Below, piece after piece: positions 58,069-64,000 of a stretch of DNA of 64,000 bases (positions are counted from its first letter, which is position 1; each line of letters starts with the position of its first letter). The position numbers were made by a program, and so were the translations under genes. Origin of the DNA: Thiohalomonadales bacterium (GTDB lineage Bacteria; Pseudomonadota; Gammaproteobacteria; UBA6429; Thiohalophilaceae); NCBI GenBank assembly GCA_040235555.1, contig JBECKZ010000175.1, positions 1,350 to 65,349 of the forward strand. The letters run 5' to 3'. The notes under the pieces are model-generated. The model was not told the origin of the DNA and made no database searches. It saw nothing but the letters and a program-made list of their open reading frames with translations.

Positions 58069-58929
58069 TCAGGCGGGAAGCGATTGGGGTTCATGATGAA
58101 GACCCACCGGACCATTCGGAACAGCATCAAACTCGATATTATCTACTCCGCTGTAAACCAGAAAATGTTGCCCCTTGGCGCGCGCGATCAGGCTAATCCC
58201 CAGATCATGGGCTAATTCCAGTCCCATATGGGAAACTCCGGAGCGAGACAACAGCAATGAGATATTCATTTGTGCCGCCTTCATCACGATCTCGGAAGTT
58301 AATCGCCCGGTGGTATAAAAGATCTTGTCACTGCCGGCGATATCTTCCAGCCACATCTTGCCAGCAATGGCATCCACTGCATTGTGGCGTCCGACATCTT
58401 CAATGAACATCAGGATACGGGTGTCCTGACACAAGGCACAACCGTGGACGGCTCCAGCACGACGATAGATCGCATTAAAGTCATTAACTGCCTTGAGCAA
58501 GGCATAGAGGCGGGACTGCTTTACCTGCAAGCTGTCGAGTCGATGATTGTAGATCTTGTCCAGTGTACAACTGAACACTGTGCCCTGGCCGCAACCGGTG
58601 GTGACGGTACGCCCCTGCATTCGTTCCAGCTGGATCCCGTTACCCTGGCGTGTACTGACTTCGACCCGTTCCTTGTCCCACTCGACCCAGACCCTTGTGA
58701 TCTCTTCTAGTGAATCGATTAGGAGTTGATTACGCAGATACCCCAGGGTCAGCGCCTCAGGATAAGTACCCAGTGTCATTAAGGTCACAATCTCCTGACC
58801 GTCCACTTTGATCGTCAGTGGGCGTTCACCGGCAACGAAGACCTCACGGGTTTCGCCATATTCATCGACGGCAGGGATCGGATATGTTGGTGCCAGCTTT
58901 GCGTCTGAGAGAACGGGTTGGTATGACAT
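58069..58929 (-). CDS. fdhD: formate dehydrogenase accessory sulfurtransferase
   Basis: GRHNAVDAIAGKMWLE and the conserved GCGQG (TTGCGQGTVF) loop. Confidence 0.9.
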   Translation of the reverse strand: MSYQPVLSDAKLAPTYPIPAVDEYGETREVFVAGERPLTIKVDGQEIVTLMTLGTYPEALTLGYLRNQLLIDSLEEITRVWVEWDKERVEVSTRQGNGIQLERMQGRTVTTGCGQGTVFSCTLDKIYNHRLDSLQVKQSRLYALLKAVNDFNAIYRRAGAVHGCALCQDTRILMFIEDVGRHNAVDAIAGKMWLEDIAGSDKIFYTTGRLTSEIVMKAAQMNISLLLSRSGVSHMGLELAHDLGISLIARAKGQHFLVYSGVDNIEFDAVPNGPVGLHHEPQSLPA

Positions 58930-58931
58930 GG

Positions 58932-59945
58932 CTAACCTCCGGTGACGCTCATATGACGCAGAATGACAGGCTGCTCACGCAGATTAAAATCGTGACCCTT
59001 GGGTTTGATGACCATGGAACGTTGGATTGCAGATTTGAGCCGTTCGAAGTCACCAGGATAGTTGCGCAGGACTGCGCGCAGGTCCATGGAGTGTTCCTGA
59101 CCCAGGCAAAGTAATAATCTGCCCTGGGCAGTGACACGTACCCGGTTACAACTGCTGCAAAAATTGTGACTATGTGGGGAAATCAAGCCAACCCTGGTCC
59201 GACTATCCTTAACGCGATAATAACGCGCAGGTCCCCCGCTGGTCTCGGTCGTGGGAAACAGGGTAAAACGTCGCTGCAAATCTGCAAGTACCTTATCACT
59301 GGAATAATAGGCCTCGGCCCGATCATGATCACCGATAACACCGAGGGGCATTTCCTCGATGTAACTGATGTCGATACCCTTATCGATGGCAAACTGCAAC
59401 AGATCCGTAACCTCATCATGATTGCGATTACGCAAGATAACGCTATTAATCTTGATCCGTTCAAAGCCGGCAGCCAATGCCGCATCAATTCCCTGTAATA
59501 CCTGCATGAGATCACCGACCCGGGTAATTAGCTGAAAGCGTTCACTCTGCAGACTATCGAGACTGATATTGATACGTCGAACACCAGCCTCACGCAGTGG
59601 CTGCGCCAGCCTGGCTAATTGCGAGCCATTGCTGGTCAGTACCAGCTCGCGCAAACCAGGTAAGTTTGCAAGTTGCCGCAGTAGCCACACCACGTTGCGT
59701 CGTACCAGGGGTTCACCACCCGTGATGCGGATTTTGTCCACGCCTAACTCGGTAAAAGCCCGACCCAACAGGACAATCTCTTCCAGACTCAGGATTTCCG
59801 CACGTGGCAAAAACGTCATCTTCTCGCTCATACAATAGACGCAGCGAAAGTCACAGCGATCTGTGACGGATATGCGCACATAATTGACACAGCGGCCAAA
59901 GTTGTCCATCAAAACAGGACGGTTTGCAAAAGTATCATCTGGCAT
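58932..59945 (-). CDS. moaA: GTP 3',8-cyclase (radical SAM)
   Basis: CDFRCVYCM CxxxCxxC cluster, GGEPLVRR and C-terminal FCSSCNRVRVTAQG. Confidence 0.92.
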   Translation of the reverse strand: MPDDTFANRPVLMDNFGRCVNYVRISVTDRCDFRCVYCMSEKMTFLPRAEILSLEEIVLLGRAFTELGVDKIRITGGEPLVRRNVVWLLRQLANLPGLRELVLTSNGSQLARLAQPLREAGVRRINISLDSLQSERFQLITRVGDLMQVLQGIDAALAAGFERIKINSVILRNRNHDEVTDLLQFAIDKGIDISYIEEMPLGVIGDHDRAEAYYSSDKVLADLQRRFTLFPTTETSGGPARYYRVKDSRTRVGLISPHSHNFCSSCNRVRVTAQGRLLLCLGQEHSMDLRAVLRNYPGDFERLKSAIQRSMVIKPKGHDFNLREQPVILRHMSVTGG

Positions 59946-60014
59946 TTATTACTGCCTTCAAGTTCAGTTGTTATACATTCTTCATGTTTATTATTTTCCA
60001 GTAGCAAAAACCAT

Positions 60015-60060
60015 TCCCTGACATCAAACAACCGGATCCTCTGGAAGAATCTCCCTGACA
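60015..60060. promoter_or_regulatory. direct repeat TCCCTGACA x2 in the moaA/DUF3305 divergent control region (candidate enhancer or operator)
   Basis: TCCCTGACA at 60015-60023 and 60052-60060. CCATT flanks it on the left of the first copy and on the right of the second. Confidence 0.35.
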
Positions 60061-60182
60061 CCATTCACACAAAGATTATAGTGAGACAGATTGCACCAAT
60101 GCTGAAAGTAGATTGGTGAAAACTGTCGCAGCCACAACAGTTACATCAAACGATTTCACCAAGATAAGGCCGTTTTTAAATC

Positions 60183-60198
60183 TGGTATAGCACTTGCT
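60183..60198 (+). promoter_or_regulatory. sigma-54 promoter for the DUF3305 operon
   Basis: TGGTAT-AGCAC-TTGCT with exact GG..GC spacing, about 65 nt upstream of ATG 60263. Confidence 0.6.
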
Positions 60199-60262
60199 GT
60201 AAGTTTTATTAAGATTTAAGCGTCAGGTACGCCAACGGTTATCTATAAACACAGGATATTCC

Positions 60263-60763
60263 ATGAATCCACATGCAGATGCATGCTATCCCATCTCGCT
60301 GGTGCTCAGCCGCAAGTGGCATCAGTCCGGACAATGGCAGTTTCCTAAATGGGACATCGTTGTTGTGCTGCCTTATCACACGACGCCGGATACACAAAAC
60401 CTGAATTGCCGGCATATACATACTGGCGAAGCTGGTGAGCATTTTCTCTGGTCTGGATTGTGGCTCGACTTTTTTCGCGATGGTCTGCAAGGGTATTACC
60501 AGAACCTGACCGGTAAACGGCCATCACTCTTCGTATTATGCCATGATGATGATACCCGAACCGGTATGGCACCAGCAGTCATCAGTGCTAATCATGCCGA
60601 TGCCGAGGGTCATATGGAAAGTGACGGAATCGTGTTATCTACCCCCTTGGTGACACCATTTAGCACCTGGGTTGCCGAGTACATCCTGCAGAACCAGACC
60701 GAGCTTGACCACCAGATTGAATCACAACGCCAGAGTAAAAAGGGGAAAAGACATCATGTCTAA
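60263..60763 (+). CDS. DUF3305 family protein
   Basis: 166 aa. It sits directly upstream of a DUF3306-like gene and ferredoxin/TorD/TAT-target genes, which is the remembered conserved context. Confidence 0.7.
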   Translation: MNPHADACYPISLVLSRKWHQSGQWQFPKWDIVVVLPYHTTPDTQNLNCRHIHTGEAGEHFLWSGLWLDFFRDGLQGYYQNLTGKRPSLFVLCHDDDTRTGMAPAVISANHADAEGHMESDGIVLSTPLVTPFSTWVAEYILQNQTELDHQIESQRQSKKGKRHHV

Positions 60764-61274
60764 ACCTGCCGACAAACACGTCAAAAACCAGCCGTTTTTA
60801 CAACGCTGGTCGCAACGTAAGCTGCAACATCCAGTGACAGAACCCCAATCCGCAGGCGAACCTGTTACAGACGATAATGCATCGACACCCGTTGCCATTA
60901 ATGAACAGGTTCTGCCGCCGATTGAATCCCTGCACGAAGAAAGCGAGGTCAGTATGTTCCTTGGCGAGAATATCAGCGAAACCCTGAAACGTCAGGCTCT
61001 GCGTAAATTGTTTCATCTGGGAAAATTCAATATCTGTGACGGCCTGGATGACTATGCCGAAGATTACACTATTTTCGAAAAAATCGATGTGGTGCTGGAC
61101 ACCCAGCAACAACTGCAGAGTGTCTATGAAAACCTGGATTCCAGAACAAGCGGGCTTGTTGAGGAACAAGCCAAACTAGAGGATGCGGCTGAACAAACTG
61201 GTCCGGATTCGTCCGACTTTTCCGCCACAAACGAAACTGAATCTACAGATGACAAGGAAACCCAACCGGGTTAG
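60756..61274 (+). CDS. DUF3306 family protein
   Basis: N-terminal FLQRWSQRKL signature and an acidic C-terminus. Its ATG overlaps the DUF3305 stop. Confidence 0.7.
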   Translation: MSKPADKHVKNQPFLQRWSQRKLQHPVTEPQSAGEPVTDDNASTPVAINEQVLPPIESLHEESEVSMFLGENISETLKRQALRKLFHLGKFNICDGLDDYAEDYTIFEKIDVVLDTQQQLQSVYENLDSRTSGLVEEQAKLEDAAEQTGPDSSDFSATNETESTDDKETQPG

Positions 61275-61280
61275 TCCATT

Positions 61281-62960
61281 ATGCATATTCACGATGAGAC
61301 CAGCAGTGTTGACACCACTGCGCCGCTAACCGAGTTGGGCCAGCGCACCCGGAATGGCGCAGCCCGTGAAACTGCCCTGCAAGTACTGCAGCAACAGCAG
61401 GCAACGACAACGTCAATTATTGAATACCATAGTGATGGCCGCCTGGTCATCATAGGCCCGGTACACCAGGCTGTTCCCATTGCAGAGCAATTACTAAATC
61501 AACTCTCGGCAATCGCCATTGTAAACCCGGGCGCTGCTGATCAACATCCAGCTCACGACGACAGGATTCTCCTCCTGCATGCCGAAGTAAACAAGGTTGA
61601 GGGTCATCTTGGCGCATTTCAGGTGCAGTTACGTGATTGCAGTAAACAAAGCCTGTCATTGCTGGCAATACTGGGCCGAAGCTGGAGTAGTATCGATATG
61701 ATACTGGATTTATCAGACACACCACTGCTCGATGCCGAGATATCACCACCGGGCTATTTTGCAACACGAGGTGAGTCGGACAAACTCGATACATTCCTGC
61801 CTGAAATCCCGGAGCTGGTGGGTAAGTTTGAAAAGCCACGTTATTTTCAATATGACCCGTCTATCTGTGTACACGCTCGCAATCAACAAACAGCCTGCAC
61901 ACGCTGTATCGATGCCTGCCCGACCCTGGCGATCCATTCCATTGGTGAACAAATCCAGGTAGACCCCTACCTGTGCCAGGGTGGTGGCAGCTGTGCCGCA
62001 GTCTGTCCCAGCGGTGCCATCCAGTATATCTATCCCGCGCTGGCAGACCTGCTGGGCCGCATCCGGCAGGTATTAAAAAACTATCGTCAGGCACAGGGGC
62101 ACGATGCACGGATTATTTTCGTTAATGCGCAACAGGGCGAGGCGCTTTATGCGCAACTGGCTAGCCTGGAAGAAAACCTGTTACCGATTATCCTGGATGA
62201 ACTGGGTGCCCTTGACCTGGCCATCATGCTCAATACTTTGAGCTATGGTGCGCAACAAGTGATCGTTGCGATGGATGCGTCATCACCACTACGCGTGCGT
62301 GATACCCTGCAACAGCAGTATACCCTGGCGACAGGTTTTCTGACCGGTCTGGGATACTCAACCCACCGCATCCTGATCACAGATCAAGCCTCGCTGGCAA
62401 CGTTGCCTGTTGTGACGGATGATCCCATTCCAGCAGCGCGTTATGGCAGTTTTAGTGAAAAACGCACTATGATCCGTCTGGCCCTGGAACACCTGCATAA
62501 AAACGCCCCGCAACAACTCAAGACCCTGCCGCTTTACTCTCAGGCACCATTCGGAGAAATCAGAGTGGACCCGCTGGCCTGCACCCTGTGTCTGGCCTGT
62601 ACCGGGGTCTGTCCCACGCGTGCATTATTGTCAGGTAATGAATCACCCCAGCTCAACTTTATCGAAGACTACTGTGTGCAGTGCGGTCTGTGTGAACAGA
62701 CCTGCCCGGAAAATGCCATCCGCCGTCACCCCCGCTATTTATTCGACGAAGAGGCCCGCCGTGCACGGCGAACTTTATATGCCGAGGCACCATTTCACTG
62801 TATCAGCTGCGGTAAACCGTTTGCCACACAACGCATCATTGATCGCATGCAGGAAAGACTCTCAGGACACTGGATGTTTGGCAATGAACGGGCACTGCGC
62901 CGCCTGAAGATGTGTGATGATTGCCGAATTAAGGATCTATGGGACGAACAGGGCATCTAA
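61281..62960 (+). CDS. large 4Fe-4S ferredoxin-domain protein
   Basis: Cys motifs CTRCIDACP, CQGGGSCAAVCP, CTLCLACTGVCP and CVQCGLCEQTCP, plus a C-terminal CISCG...CDDC pair. Confidence 0.85.
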   Translation: MHIHDETSSVDTTAPLTELGQRTRNGAARETALQVLQQQQATTTSIIEYHSDGRLVIIGPVHQAVPIAEQLLNQLSAIAIVNPGAADQHPAHDDRILLLHAEVNKVEGHLGAFQVQLRDCSKQSLSLLAILGRSWSSIDMILDLSDTPLLDAEISPPGYFATRGESDKLDTFLPEIPELVGKFEKPRYFQYDPSICVHARNQQTACTRCIDACPTLAIHSIGEQIQVDPYLCQGGGSCAAVCPSGAIQYIYPALADLLGRIRQVLKNYRQAQGHDARIIFVNAQQGEALYAQLASLEENLLPIILDELGALDLAIMLNTLSYGAQQVIVAMDASSPLRVRDTLQQQYTLATGFLTGLGYSTHRILITDQASLATLPVVTDDPIPAARYGSFSEKRTMIRLALEHLHKNAPQQLKTLPLYSQAPFGEIRVDPLACTLCLACTGVCPTRALLSGNESPQLNFIEDYCVQCGLCEQTCPENAIRRHPRYLFDEEARRARRTLYAEAPFHCISCGKPFATQRIIDRMQERLSGHWMFGNERALRRLKMCDDCRIKDLWDEQGI

Positions 62961-63086
62961 TCTGTCGAAATGACCCGTCACACTCCATTGGCGAAACAAA
63001 ATGTCGCATTTCAATTGGCATAGAATAAAACAGCTTGATCCAGGGTAATTGAGACTCTGTTTTTGTCATTTTATTCCGCCAGCATT

Positions 63087-63102
63087 TGGCACACCCGTTG
63101 CT
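63087..63102 (+). promoter_or_regulatory. sigma-54 promoter for the TorD-like / TAT-target / (formate dehydrogenase) genes
   Basis: TGGCAC-ACCCG-TTGCT is a full consensus match. It lies about 30 nt upstream of ATG 63128, which has a CAGGAG RBS. Confidence 0.8.
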
Positions 63103-63127
63103 CTAAGTTAATACACAGGAGCATACC

Positions 63128-63748
63128 ATGACCACTTCGACATCCACCGAGCAGACCCCGGCAGACAGCGGATTTGATGCCGCAGCCCTGCGTGCGAATA
63201 CGTATACGCTGCTGGCGCGCCTGCTGCAGTTGCCACCTGATGCAGAATTGTTGACACTCCTGAGTAGAGTCGAAGCCAGTACTCCCACACGCGATAACCT
63301 GGCATCCAGCTGGCACGAGTTAAAAATCTGCGCCACCCGGGCCCAGCTTGAGGAACTGAATGATGAGTTTCATACCCTGTTCATCGGCCTGGGACATGGC
63401 GAGGTTATTCCATACAGCTCGTGGTATCAAACAGGCTATCTCATGGACAAGCCACTGGCCCGATTGCGACATGACCTCATCCAGTTAGGCATTGAACGCC
63501 AGGAACAGATTTGTGAACCGGAAGACCATATCGCTGCGGTATGCGAATGTATGGCGATCCTCATCGACAATAATGCAGACCTGACTACCCAACAGGCTTT
63601 TTTCCGCGACCACATGCATGACTGGCTGGTGCGATGTTTTGCCGATATTGAGCAGGCCCCTTCGGCACAGTTTTATCGTGCTGTCGGTAAGCTGGGACAA
63701 GAATTCGTTGAACTTGAATCTCGTTATCTTGATGCGCTTGATAGCTAA
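63128..63748 (+). CDS. TorD/DmsD-family redox-enzyme maturation chaperone
   Basis: 206 aa. The stretches YTLLARLL, EFHTLFIG and PYSSWY are typical of the family. Confidence 0.8.
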   Translation: MTTSTSTEQTPADSGFDAAALRANTYTLLARLLQLPPDAELLTLLSRVEASTPTRDNLASSWHELKICATRAQLEELNDEFHTLFIGLGHGEVIPYSSWYQTGYLMDKPLARLRHDLIQLGIERQEQICEPEDHIAAVCECMAILIDNNADLTTQQAFFRDHMHDWLVRCFADIEQAPSAQFYRAVGKLGQEFVELESRYLDALDS

Positions 63749-63781
63749 ATCCTATTGCGGAAGTCGACAAGGAGCAGACAA

Positions 63782-64000
63782 ATGAAACCATCCAGCAAGA
63801 CACCATTACCGCGACGCCATTTTCTTCGCCAATTGATGGTACTCGGTGGTGCAACCGGTGCAGGCGCCATTGCCCTGGCCAGCTCCGCATTCAACACCAC
63901 ACCACCTTCTGCGAAACGCATACCCATTGATTCCAGTAACTCGAACGCGTCAAAAGGCTACCGGCTGACCAAACACATTCGGACCTATTACGCAAAGGCT
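63782..64000 (+). CDS. formate-dehydrogenase-region TAT-target small protein (TIGR02811-like), open at the window end
   Basis: AGGAGC RBS. My translation is MKPSSKTPLPRRHFLRQLMVLGGATGAGAIALA...SKGYRLTKHIRTYYAKA, with a twin-arginine motif and the GY..T.H.R.YY tail. It is not in the ORF track because it runs off the window. Confidence 0.7.
   Translation, partial: MKPSSKTPLPRRHFLRQLMVLGGATGAGAIALASSAFNTTPPSAKRIPIDSSNSNASKGYRLTKHIRTYYAKA

Noticed and set aside
59946-60262. Possible Moco riboswitch upstream of moaA (also checked upstream of tupA, 53067-53200)
   Set aside because: Reading the minus strand, I could not find the conserved elements I remember for the Moco RNA motif (for example a CCUCCGAG-type segment and paired GGA-rich junction). 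An Infernal scan with RF01055 would be decisive.
1-64000. Search for CRISPR arrays, tandem repeats, tRNA/rRNA genes, IS elements, integrases, and toxin-antitoxin or defence-type genes
   Set aside because: Reading the spacers and the ORF set revealed none. This was a visual scan only, so short or degenerate repeats could have been missed.

Overview
The window reads as ordinary chromosomal DNA of a Gram-negative, gammaproteobacterium-like organism. I support about 60 protein-coding genes and recognised no rRNA, tRNA, CRISPR array, transposase, integrase or phage module. All family names come from motif recognition by eye, because no database search was possible.

Left to right, the window contains:
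- a porin;
- a few small redox and hypothetical genes;
- a secreted HExxH protein next to a DUF2846 beta-barrel outer-membrane protein;
- Usp/TauE/TIGR02186;
- mmsA divergent from a 4-gene branched-chain-type ABC importer, plus a type II haloacid dehalogenase;
- a MerB-like lyase with an outer-membrane protein, divergent from a TetR/O-methyltransferase pair;
- two large GGDEF-EAL sensors, one co-transcribed with an orphan GspG-like pseudopilin;
- an ECF42-type sigma/YciI/VOC cluster;
- sodB, DUF1800/DUF1501/DsbG, glgP and LemA/M48.

The most coherent and least-described unit is the right-hand 16 kb (48.3-64 kb). It holds tupABC-mobA-mobB-moeA, a divergent Cache-type histidine kinase with a sigma-54-dependent (GAFTGA) response regulator, and DUF6494. 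It also holds a TunR-like HTH/PBP regulator with fdhD and moaA. It ends in DUF3305-DUF3306-polyferredoxin-TorD-TAT-target genes that lead into a formate-dehydrogenase-type operon at the window edge.

I read three well-spaced sigma-54 -24/-12 promoters directly in front of tupA, DUF3305 and the TorD-like gene. This suggests one sigma-54 regulon couples tungstate uptake, cofactor synthesis and the enzyme.

Other points worth a look are two gene relics (a RegA/ActR-type C-terminus with an in-frame stop, and a P-type ATPase C-terminus), a 706-bp gene-free control region rich in palindromes, and a low-GC stretch around 28-33 kb. No defence-system-like or mobile novelty was seen.
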